Shown: piece by piece, positions 22,738 to 30,416 of the stretch | Layout of the letters: each line of letters opens with the position of its first letter | Numbering within the stretch: position 1 is the first letter of the stretch | DNA from: a virus | DNA: 48,308 nt | IMG/VR virus record: IMGVR_UViG_3300048855_000042 | Span: 1-48,308 of that record | Reading direction: 5' to 3' (one strand) | Notes under the pieces: generated by a model | The model's database searches: none | The model's input: the letters and a program-made list of their open reading frames with translations, nothing else | What the model was told of the DNA's origin: nothing | Made by a program: the position numbers and the translations under genes

Positions 22738-24800
22738 GCGCACCCACCCTACACCTCGATTTCGAAAGCCGCAGCGCGATCGACCTGCGGAAAACGGGCG
22801 CCCACGCCTACGCCGAAGATCCGACGACGGGCGTCTGGTGCTGCGCCTACGCGGTCGACGACGAGCCGGTCGACATCTGGACGCCCGGCGAGCCCCCGCC
22901 GCTGGAGGTCCTCCAGTCGGTCGAGGAAGGCTGGCCGATATACGCTCATAACGCCTCCTTCGAGCGGCTGATATGGCGCCACGTCATGCCTCTCTATGAC
23001 TGGCCGGTGCCGCGCGACGAGCAGTATCGCTGCACGATGGTCATGTGCCACGCCATGGCGCTCCCCGGCGCCCTGGAGAACGCCGCGCCGGCGCTCGGGC
23101 TCGACGTTCGGAAGGACGCCAAGGGCCGCGCGCTCATGCTCCAGATGGCGAAGCCACGGACGGAAAGCCCGCTGACCTGGTGGGACGACGAGGAGAAAAA
23201 GCAGCGCCTCTATGCCTATTGCAAGCAGGACGTCGAGGTCGAGCGCGAGCTGCACAAGCGCCTCGTGCCGCTGAAGCCGTCCGAGCTCGACCTCTGGCAC
23301 CTCGACCTGAAGATTAATGACCGCGGCATCTATATCGACGAGACGCTCTGCCACCAGGCGCTCAAGGTCATCGCCGCGGCGACCGAGCGGCTGAACGCCG
23401 AGATCGCCCACGTCACGGATTATGCCGTCTCGGCCGTCACCAACGTTCAGTCACTGCTCACGTGGGTGAAGGGGCACGGGATCGACGTTTCCGAGCTCAA
23501 CAAGGAGAGCCTGACGGAGCTCCTCGTGCGGGACGACCTGCCGGATGACGTCCGGCGCGCGCTCGAGATCCGTCAGGAAGGCGGAAAAGCGTCCGTCGCC
23601 AAGGTGAAGGCGCTCCTGGCTTGCAAGAGCCGGGACGGCACCGCAAAGGGGCTCCTGCAGTTCCACGGGGCCAATACTGGCCGCTACGCCGCCCGCCGGT
23701 TCCAGCCGCAGAACCTGATGCGGCCAGATGACGACTACGACGCCGACCTCGCCATCGACGCCATCATGGGCGGCGACGCCGAGCGGATAGAGCTCCTCTA
23801 CGGGCCGCCGCTGTCGACCGTCGGGCAGTCGATCCGGGGGATGGTCGTCGCCAAGAAGGGCAACCGGCTGCTCGCCTCGGACTTCTCCAACATCGAGGGC
23901 CGCGGCATCGCATGGCTCGCCGGCGAGGAATGGAAGCTCGACGCGTTTCGCGCCTACGACACAGGGACGGGCCCAGACCTCTACAAGGTGTCCGCGGCCG
24001 GCATCTTCGGCGTTCCGGTCGAGACGATCGGCAAAGACAGCAAGCGCCAGATCGGCAAGGTCGCCGAGCTCGCCCTCGGCTACCAGGGCGGCCCCCGTGC
24101 TTTCAAAACGATGGCGAAGGGCTACGGGATGCGCATCGAGGAGCACTATGACGTCATCATGGACAACGCCGACCCGGCGCTGATCGATGAGGCTTTCGAC
24201 GCGTGGGAGACCTATGGGCGCAAGCAGGGGCTGTCCGCTCGGACGTGGCTCCCCGGCGAAGTCGTCAAGCGCGCGTGGCGACGGAAGCACCCGGCGATCG
24301 AGACGTTCTGGAACGACATGGAGGCCGCGGCGATCGAAGCCGTCGAGCGGCCCGGCAGGGTCTGTATCGTCGGCCACCTCAAGTTCCGCAAGGCCGGGTC
24401 GTTCTTGTGGATGCAGCTGCCGAGCGGCCGGTGCCTCTGCTACCCCTACCCCGTCATCAAGGAAAAACGCACACCCTGGGGCACGAAAAAGCCGACGCTC
24501 CATTTCATGGGCGTCAACTCCCTGACCAAAAAATGGGAGCAGCTGTCGACCTACGGCGGCAAGCTCGCCGAGAACGCCACGCAGGCCATCGCCCGCGACG
24601 TGTTGACGGACGCGATGGTCCGTCTCGAGGCGGCCGGCTATCCGATCATCCTGACGGTGCACGACGAGGCGGTCGCCGAGCTGCCGGTCGGCCAGGGCTC
24701 GCTTGAGGAATTCGAGGCGATCATGCGGGAGCAGCCGAGCTGGTGCCCGGGCTTCCCGATCGCCGCGGAGGGCTGGGAAGGAGAGAGGTATCGGAAATGA
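22734..24800 (+). CDS. Family A DNA polymerase with 3'-5' exonuclease domain
   Basis: GTG 22734 (GTGA overlap). HLDFESRS (Exo I), YAHNASFE (Exo II), YCKQDVEVE (Exo III), RQIGKVAELALGYQGG, TVHDEAV. Confidence 0.92.
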   Translation: MSAPTLHLDFESRSAIDLRKTGAHAYAEDPTTGVWCCAYAVDDEPVDIWTPGEPPPLEVLQSVEEGWPIYAHNASFERLIWRHVMPLYDWPVPRDEQYRCTMVMCHAMALPGALENAAPALGLDVRKDAKGRALMLQMAKPRTESPLTWWDDEEKKQRLYAYCKQDVEVERELHKRLVPLKPSELDLWHLDLKINDRGIYIDETLCHQALKVIAAATERLNAEIAHVTDYAVSAVTNVQSLLTWVKGHGIDVSELNKESLTELLVRDDLPDDVRRALEIRQEGGKASVAKVKALLACKSRDGTAKGLLQFHGANTGRYAARRFQPQNLMRPDDDYDADLAIDAIMGGDAERIELLYGPPLSTVGQSIRGMVVAKKGNRLLASDFSNIEGRGIAWLAGEEWKLDAFRAYDTGTGPDLYKVSAAGIFGVPVETIGKDSKRQIGKVAELALGYQGGPRAFKTMAKGYGMRIEEHYDVIMDNADPALIDEAFDAWETYGRKQGLSARTWLPGEVVKRAWRRKHPAIETFWNDMEAAAIEAVERPGRVCIVGHLKFRKAGSFLWMQLPSGRCLCYPYPVIKEKRTPWGTKKPTLHFMGVNSLTKKWEQLSTYGGKLAENATQAIARDVLTDAMVRLEAAGYPIILTVHDEAVAELPVGQGSLEEFEAIMREQPSWCPGFPIAAEGWEGERYRK

Positions 24801-25051
24801 CGGTCTATGTTGCGGCTGGAAAAGACACGTGGATCGAGCAGCGAAAGGTATCCTTTACACGAGACGAGTGGCTGGATGCAGCGAATACGGTAAGCGCCTT
24901 CAGCCTCGATCGAGGCCGCTCGTTCCGCGACGGTGTGGAAGACGCAGCGGCGGACGCGGCTTACACCGCGCAAAAGGAGACCGACGGAAACTTCGATGCT
25001 GTCGTCACAGCGATGGAGGCGGTTTTCCTCGCCTATGAAATCGAGGATTGA
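24797..25051 (+). CDS. Hypothetical 84-aa protein
   Basis: ATGA overlap with the polymerase stop. MTVYVAAGKDTWIEQRK... Confidence 0.6.
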   Translation: MTVYVAAGKDTWIEQRKVSFTRDEWLDAANTVSAFSLDRGRSFRDGVEDAAADAAYTAQKETDGNFDAVVTAMEAVFLAYEIED

Positions 25052-25052
25052 G

Positions 25053-25127
25053 TGGCGCGCCCACGGGGAATCGAACCCCGGTCTCCACCGTGAGAGGGTG
25101 GCGTCCTGACCGCTAGACGATGGGCGC
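25053..25127 (-). tRNA. tRNA-Glu (anticodon CUC), complete with encoded CCA
   Basis: Folded by hand. Acceptor GCGCCCA/TGGGCGC; D arm GTCT-AGCGGTCA-GGAC; anticodon arm CCACC-CTCTCAC-GGTGG; T arm CGGGG-TTCGATT-CCCCG; discriminator G plus CCA. 75 nt. Confidence 0.9.
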
Positions 25128-25157
25128 TAACAGCGACAAACGCGACATACACGATCG

Positions 25158-25387
25158 CTAATTTGGCCGCTACCGATAAATTTAGCTAGCCAGTTTAACT
25201 AGCCAGCCACTGCTAACTTCCTGATCCAGAGCAGCTATCGCAGCCGTGAGAGGACTACGATAGCACTTAAAACAGATAAGACGTTAGATATTTCAACTAC
25301 TTACGGTCTGCAAAAGGCGACAAAGACGATAACTTTGGCTAAAAACGAGCCTTAATTGGCCGGTCGCGAGCCAGTAATTGGCCAGTC
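25158..25387. other. Candidate attP arm region between tRNA-Glu and int
   Basis: Visibly A+T-richer spacer. Tandem 13-mers TTTAGCTAGCCAG / TTTAACTAGCCAG (25181-25206). AATT(T)GGCC three times (25160-25168, 25354-25361, 25376-25383). Confidence 0.5.
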
Positions 25388-26581
25388 TCATTCGCCCTTC
25401 CCGGCCCGGTCGAGCGCCTCGGCGAGGTACTCCGCCGAGTGGTGCCCGTAGACCCTATCCGTCGTCGCCACGGTGTCTCCGATGAGCCTTGCGACGTCAT
25501 AGATCGACACCCTGTCCTGGAGCAGATGCGTCACTCGGCTGTGCCGCAGGATATGCGGACTACCGTCAACGCCGATCGACCTGCAGAGCTGCGCGAAGGG
25601 CCGGTAGAGGTCGTTCGGCGAGCCGAGCACCCATTCGTTTTCCCGCTCGGCGTGCAGCCGCTCCATCAGCGGCCGGAGCTCCTTGTCGATCGGCACGACG
25701 GGCCGGCGCTTCTTCGTCCTCTGCTCGCCGGGCTTGGCGAGATGGATGCGGTTGTCGGCGAACTTGACCTGCCGCCACTCGAGCGTCTCGATCGCGTTGC
25801 GACGGGAGCCCGTGTAGTAGGCGATGTCGATGAAATCGCGGAGCCGGCGCGCCACCTCGTGACGGATGCGGAGACGGGCCTGGTCGTCTTTCGTCGTTGC
25901 CGCTAGCGCCGCCTGGGCGAGATCCGCGACGTTCTTGGCGGCCGCAGCCCGGAGTGCGGCGAATTGCGTCTTGGTGAGCCACGGAGCCTCACCCGTCTCC
26001 TCGGCGTCGCGCCGGTCGCGCGGGTACTCGAACTGCGGCATCTCATGAGACTTGAGGTCCGTCAGCCGCCGCATGCGAATGGCGTGGCCGACGGCGGCGC
26101 GCAGCGTCACAAGTTCCCTACGGATGGTCGCGTCGACGCCCGCCAGGCTCTTCCGGCCGCGGTTGTCGCGCTGGGTCGCCACGTCGCCGCGGCGGCGGGC
26201 GCCGGCGTAGGCCCGGCATTTTGGGATGTCGATGCTCTTGACGGGGTCGTCTTTAAAGAACGCCTTGAGGTGCCGGATGGCGTTCTCCTGACGGACCTTG
26301 TCCTTGACCTTCTCCTGAACGTGCTCCTGGAAATAGTCGTCCAGGATGCGCGCGACCGTCAGCTCAGCATCTCCTCCGCTGTTGGCATAGATGGATCGAC
26401 CCTCGACGAGGAACGTGCCGAAGCGAACTTCCGCTTCAGCGCGGTCTCGCGAACGAAGGCTGAAGCGCTTTGTCTCTGAAATGGACTTTCCGCGGGGGTC
26501 GACCCGGCTGACGGTCCAGAAGGCATAATAGATGCCGTTCCGTTGGTCGAGCCAAGGCGTTGTTTGCCTCGGGCGTGCCAT
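25388..26581 (-). CDS. int: Tyrosine integrase
   Basis: ORF-track 25388..26716 trimmed to ATG 26581 (MARPRQTTPWLDQRNGIYYAFW, arm-binding-type N-terminus). C-terminal catalytic residues in ...YYTGSRRNAIETLEW...GSPHILRHSRVTHLLQ...GHHSAEY. Confidence 0.9.
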   Translation of the reverse strand: MARPRQTTPWLDQRNGIYYAFWTVSRVDPRGKSISETKRFSLRSRDRAEAEVRFGTFLVEGRSIYANSGGDAELTVARILDDYFQEHVQEKVKDKVRQENAIRHLKAFFKDDPVKSIDIPKCRAYAGARRRGDVATQRDNRGRKSLAGVDATIRRELVTLRAAVGHAIRMRRLTDLKSHEMPQFEYPRDRRDAEETGEAPWLTKTQFAALRAAAAKNVADLAQAALAATTKDDQARLRIRHEVARRLRDFIDIAYYTGSRRNAIETLEWRQVKFADNRIHLAKPGEQRTKKRRPVVPIDKELRPLMERLHAERENEWVLGSPNDLYRPFAQLCRSIGVDGSPHILRHSRVTHLLQDRVSIYDVARLIGDTVATTDRVYGHHSAEYLAEALDRAGKGE

Positions 26582-26745
26582 CGAAGCCTCTCTACTGTTT
26601 CGGGGCTGAACAGGGCCTGCCCCCTCAGCGTGAAGCCATCGGGGGCTATCAACCCGTCTCGGATGTATCTTTGGACTGTGCGGGTCGTCGTGCATAACGC
26701 ATCGGCGACCGCGCACGTCCGGAGCATGCGCTCACTGTCCATCAC
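26359..26745 (-). CDS. Xis/AlpA-like HTH protein whose 3' two-thirds overlap int in another frame
   Basis: N-terminal 55 aa, LRTCAVADALCTTTRTVQRYIRDGLIAPDG, is MerR/excisionase-type HTH. The remaining 73 aa are S/A/R/P-rich and overprint int codons 1-74. Confidence 0.45.
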   Translation of the reverse strand: MMDSERMLRTCAVADALCTTTRTVQRYIRDGLIAPDGFTLRGQALFSPETVERLRWHARGKQRLGSTNGTASIMPSGPSAGSTPAESPFQRQSASAFVRETALKRKFASARSSSRVDPSMPTAEEMLS

Positions 26746-27199
26746 GTTCCTTTTCGATCAGGTTCATGATGTCGAGGGCCGTTTTGAGCGACAATTCGCG
26801 CTCCAGATAGAGCGCGACCTTGCCGTTCCCGACCTCGACCATCGATACTCTCGAGCGCTCCTCGTGCGGGTAAGGCCGCGATCCGGAGCCTCTGTGCGGG
26901 GGCGGGCGCCTTGTGTGAAGCTGGTCTTCCTCGAGGAGGCTTTCCGGGCTCACGCCGAGCGCTTTCGCGAGGGCGTGGAGCCGTTCCGGCCGAGGCAGCT
27001 TCAGGCCACGGATGTAAGACGAAATGCTGTCAGGCGTAATCTTCTTTCCTGGCGGCATATGGGCCTGCGCTCGGGCAGTGAGTTCGGCCTGGGTGAAGCC
27101 TTTATCACGCATCGCTGCTTCGAGGCGCCGCCTGAATTCTTTAACGGCAGATCTTGTGGCCTCATCGCCCGACGGGTGCTGCGTACTGGGTGGGGTCAT
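26732..27199 (-). CDS. XRE-family repressor-like protein (no S24 peptidase domain)
   Basis: FRRRLEAAMRDKGFTQAELTARA...SISSYIRGLKLPRPERLHALAKALGVSPESLL. Confidence 0.8.
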   Translation of the reverse strand: MTPPSTQHPSGDEATRSAVKEFRRRLEAAMRDKGFTQAELTARAQAHMPPGKKITPDSISSYIRGLKLPRPERLHALAKALGVSPESLLEEDQLHTRRPPPHRGSGSRPYPHEERSRVSMVEVGNGKVALYLERELSLKTALDIMNLIEKERDGQ

Positions 27200-27221
27200 G
27201 TGTGCTGCTCTTTTTTAACGA

Positions 27222-27250
27222 CTATCGCGACAATTACGACAGCCGTCAAG
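27222..27250 (-). promoter_or_regulatory. Sigma70-type promoter of the repressor gene
   Basis: Minus strand: CTTGAC (27250-27245), 17 nt, CGATAG (27227-22). The 12-mer ATAGTCGTTAAA follows, covering the expected start site. No obvious SD before ATG 27199. Confidence 0.5.
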
Positions 27251-27270
27251 ACCTATAGCACACTTGGACG

Positions 27271-28143
27271 TTAGACGAAAGGAGGGCTCGACCTCTGAGA
27301 CAGCGCCTGATCAGTGGGAACTTGCGCACGCGGGCGTGGCGCCCGCTTCAAAAAGTCGCTAATCACCTGCGCGCCGAGGGTAGCCGCTTGGCTCTGCGGC
27401 GCAAAGGCAAGCTGGTCAACAGGTAGCGGTTGTAGCGCAGCCGCCGGAGCGGCCGGTTGCGAAGGCGCTATTTGAGCCGTTTCCTGCGGCTCAGAAGACT
27501 GCCGCGCCCCCTGGCGGATGCCTCGCGCCAGCGACGCCCATATAGATCCGTTGTCGTCGCTATCGACAGACAAAGGCGACGCGCTCTGCTGTTCTCCAGC
27601 AGACAAAGACGGGTTCGCAGCCGCGACTGCCGGCGCCAACTGGCCAGCGAATGAAGCGCCCATCGCAGCAGGCCCAACGGGCGCGTCCCCCAAGGCGTGC
27701 ATGACCTTGGCGCCGAACATGTCGGCGAACGCCCCGGCCGTTTTGCCGGAGCCGGCGTTGAGCCGGGCCGCGTCATCGCCGACAAGTGACGCGAGCGGCG
27801 CTTCTGGGTTCGCTAAGATCTTAGCCGCCCCGGCCGGCCCCTGTTGGTGGGCGAGGTAGAGCGACGTGGGCGTGACCGGAAGCCCTCGCGACCGCAGGAA
27901 TGCTGTGTTGTCAGCCATCAGCCGCGCGCCAGCGTCAGCCGCTGCAGCGGCGTCGAACTTGTTCCGGAGGCCATACTGCTGCGCTGTGCTGTCGATGAAC
28001 TGAAAGAGGCCGCCAGCGCTCGAGTTTGGGTTGCGAGCGTTCGGGTTCAGCCCGCTCTCGATCTTGGCCGTTGCCAAGAGCGCCGCTGGATCGACACCGT
28101 AGCGTCGAGCGGCTTGCGCGATGAGTTCAGCGATACCGGGCAC
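27271..28143 (-). CDS. Lytic transglycosylase (SLT domain) virion protein
   Basis: AKIESGLNPNARNPNSSAGGLFQFIDSTAQQYG, with the catalytic Glu in ES. Confidence 0.85.
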   Translation of the reverse strand: MPGIAELIAQAARRYGVDPAALLATAKIESGLNPNARNPNSSAGGLFQFIDSTAQQYGLRNKFDAAAAADAGARLMADNTAFLRSRGLPVTPTSLYLAHQQGPAGAAKILANPEAPLASLVGDDAARLNAGSGKTAGAFADMFGAKVMHALGDAPVGPAAMGASFAGQLAPAVAAANPSLSAGEQQSASPLSVDSDDNGSIWASLARGIRQGARQSSEPQETAQIAPSQPAAPAAALQPLPVDQLAFAPQSQAATLGAQVISDFLKRAPRPRAQVPTDQALSQRSSPPFV

Positions 28144-28156
28144 AGCCTTCTGTCCT

Positions 28157-29392
28157 TCAGCTCAGCACAAAGCCCGTGATGACGCCGCTGGCGTCCACCT
28201 GAGGCGTGATTTTGGTGGCGTATGTGCCCGTGACCGGCACCGTCAGAGCGACGCCGTTCTGCACGAGGCTGACGTTGGCGGGCAGCTTCGTCTGGTCAAG
28301 AGCGCCTTGCGCGGTGAGCAGGATAGTCCCGTCGACCGATGTGCCGCCGCCTTGCGTCTTGACGGGCGTGCTCGTGACATTGCCGAACAAGGCATTGGGG
28401 GCAAGATTGAGCGATTGAAGCGCCCCGCCGGAGACGACAGCCGTCGCACCTGAGTTATAGACGAGAGACGTCAGCCCGATCGTCGCGCCGTTTTGCAGGA
28501 TGGTTTTGGTCGGCACGAGCGAAACGCCGACGTTTGTGATGGCGCTCGACGCCACATTGACGGTCGCGTAGTCGTCCCCGGAATTGCTGACGCTGACGGC
28601 GCCGAGGTCGACCGAGAAGCCGTTCGAGACGATCGTGTCGGTCGCGAGCTTTAGATCGACGGACGTGAGGAAACCGCCCGTGACGGCGAAAACGCCGTCA
28701 ACGGGGCCCGCCCCTGTCGAATTGGCGATCTTCGTGGCGCCGCCGTTCGCGCAGATCGCTGCGGTGCCCGGCATCCCCACATAGGACAGCTGGCCATTCG
28801 CGGCGATCGTCGCGCTGCCGTTGACCTTGGTGCCGCCAGCGTCCTGGACGACCACCCCGCCGGCCTGGTTGGTGATGACCGTGCTGCCGGCCGGCATGGT
28901 CGCATAGTCGAGAATGCCGTCCGTGACATGTGCCGCGCCGGTGGCCATCGTGAAAGAGCCGTCGGGCCCTTTGACCGGAACCAAGTCGGCGCTCTTCACC
29001 ATGGCGACGTCGGCCGGCAGTGTGACGAAGATGTCGTCGCCTTCGAGCGTGGCCGGCCCGTCATAACTCGCGCCGCTCCCATTATGCGGTTTCACGGTGA
29101 TGTTGGCGTCAGGGTCGACCAGGACGGGGTGAACGACCGGGAGCTCGAGACGCACGGTCGCGCCCGCGGCGATCGGAGCACCGGTGGTATAGGTGAAGGT
29201 CACATGGTCGGTGCCATAGACCAAGGTGAAACCGGCGTCCTGCGCGAGCAGGCTCTGGTTCACGAAGGCCGCCGCGCCCGTCGGCTCGTAGTTGTCGGCC
29301 GTCTTGCCGTCCGGATAGGGGAAGTCGAGCGTGCCGCCCGCCGAGAGCGCGGCCGGCGGATAGGCGGTGAGGATATCGGTCGTCGTGGCCAT
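28157..29392 (-). CDS. Fibre-like / structural 411-aa protein
   Basis: Gly/Thr/Val-rich beta-type sequence. The N-terminal ~85 aa are paralogous to the 132-aa protein at 39852-40250. Confidence 0.75.
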   Translation of the reverse strand: MATTTDILTAYPPAALSAGGTLDFPYPDGKTADNYEPTGAAAFVNQSLLAQDAGFTLVYGTDHVTFTYTTGAPIAAGATVRLELPVVHPVLVDPDANITVKPHNGSGASYDGPATLEGDDIFVTLPADVAMVKSADLVPVKGPDGSFTMATGAAHVTDGILDYATMPAGSTVITNQAGGVVVQDAGGTKVNGSATIAANGQLSYVGMPGTAAICANGGATKIANSTGAGPVDGVFAVTGGFLTSVDLKLATDTIVSNGFSVDLGAVSVSNSGDDYATVNVASSAITNVGVSLVPTKTILQNGATIGLTSLVYNSGATAVVSGGALQSLNLAPNALFGNVTSTPVKTQGGGTSVDGTILLTAQGALDQTKLPANVSLVQNGVALTVPVTGTYATKITPQVDASGVITGFVLS

Positions 29393-29393
29393 G

Positions 29394-29615
29394 TCACTTA
29401 CACCTGTCGATCTTCTGGTAATGGCGATCGAGGTCGATCACCCACGCGGCCGTGCTCGGGTCCGTCCGGCCGGCGCCGGCGAGCGCGTCGATAGCGGCCT
29501 TGGGCGGCGGCGAGAGGCCAGGGCACTCAACCGTTGCGCTTACGCAGCCGCTCAATAGAAGCGTCGAAATCGACAGCGCCGCGATCGATCTCATCCCAAC
29601 CAGCACGGACTTCAT
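29394..29615 (-). CDS. o-spanin lipoprotein
   Basis: Lipobox LLSGC. Pro-rich mature part with 2 further Cys. The start lies inside the preceding gene in another frame (overlapped spanin architecture). Confidence 0.7.
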   Translation of the reverse strand: MKSVLVGMRSIAALSISTLLLSGCVSATVECPGLSPPPKAAIDALAGAGRTDPSTAAWVIDLDRHYQKIDRCK

Positions 29616-29763
29616 CCGTCTTCTCCTTCTGCTCCGCCTGGACGTGGTCGATGCCAGCCTGACGGGCTCTGGCGAGCGCGTAGAGCAGCGCCGCGATCGC
29701 CGCGCCGACCGCCAGGATGTAACCCCAAGCCTTGCTCCAGAGGCCGGACAGCAACGTGATCAT
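29527..29763 (-). CDS. i-spanin-like (or holin-like) 78-aa protein
   Basis: N-terminal TM (WGYILAVGAAIAALLYAL) followed by a charged helical tail. ATGA overlap with the endolysin stop. Confidence 0.6.
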   Translation of the reverse strand: MITLLSGLWSKAWGYILAVGAAIAALLYALARARQAGIDHVQAEQKEKTDEVRAGWDEIDRGAVDFDASIERLRKRNG

Positions 29764-30416
29764 GAAGGCGCCAGCCTATTCTTGAGGAAGAGCACCGCGC
29801 CGATCGCGAAGGCGACGACGATCACCCCACCAAGCGCCCACTGAACGGGCCCCGCGCCAGAGAGCAAAGACGTGAGGCTCGCCAGGATACCCGCGCCCCA
29901 AGAGATGTTTTCCTTGGTGAGCGTGGGCGCAGGAGCGGGTTTCGCCTCGACGGTGTTCGAGCTGACGAACGAGCCTTTCGCCCACAAGCCAGCTTCTGCC
30001 GCCCGCCGGTTCACGAGCCCGTCGATCTTCTTGCCGTTGTCGTGCACCCACCGGGCCAGCTCGGCGGGTACGGCGCCATAGTCGCCAGCGTTCAGCTTCT
30101 TGAGCAGCGTCGAGGTGGAGAATTGCGGCTCGCCAAGGTTGAAGACAAAGCTCACGAGAGTGGCGAACTGATTGTCGTTCAGCGGCACTTTCACGAGCCG
30201 CTCGACGGTCTCCTCAGCCTCGGAGAGGTCGTACCGAAGCATCTCTTCGGCCTTCGCCTCCGTGACGACCATGCCGAGCTTGACCGGGTAAGTGGCGTCG
30301 GACGTGTGGCCATAGCCGATCGTCAGCACGCCGCCGGTGTCTCTGTAGGCCGTCGTGCGGAGGCCTTCCCACTGCTTGATGAGCTTCAGTCCGTCGTCGT
30401 TGATTTTGCGGGTCAT
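29760..30416 (-). CDS. GH24 (T4/lambda-R type) endolysin with C-terminal hydrophobic anchor
   Basis: QWEGLRTTAYRDTGGVLTIGYGHT (E-D-T triad). The C-terminal 60 aa contain ISWGAGILASLTSLLSGAG and VQWALGGVIVVAFAIGAVLFL. Confidence 0.9.
   Translation of the reverse strand: MTRKINDDGLKLIKQWEGLRTTAYRDTGGVLTIGYGHTSDATYPVKLGMVVTEAKAEEMLRYDLSEAEETVERLVKVPLNDNQFATLVSFVFNLGEPQFSTSTLLKKLNAGDYGAVPAELARWVHDNGKKIDGLVNRRAAEAGLWAKGSFVSSNTVEAKPAPAPTLTKENISWGAGILASLTSLLSGAGPVQWALGGVIVVAFAIGAVLFLKNRLAPS

Noticed and set aside
25053-25127. The tRNA being only a 3' fragment left in attP.
   Set aside because: All four arms, the anticodon loop and CCA are present. The acceptor stem pairs perfectly over 7 bp.
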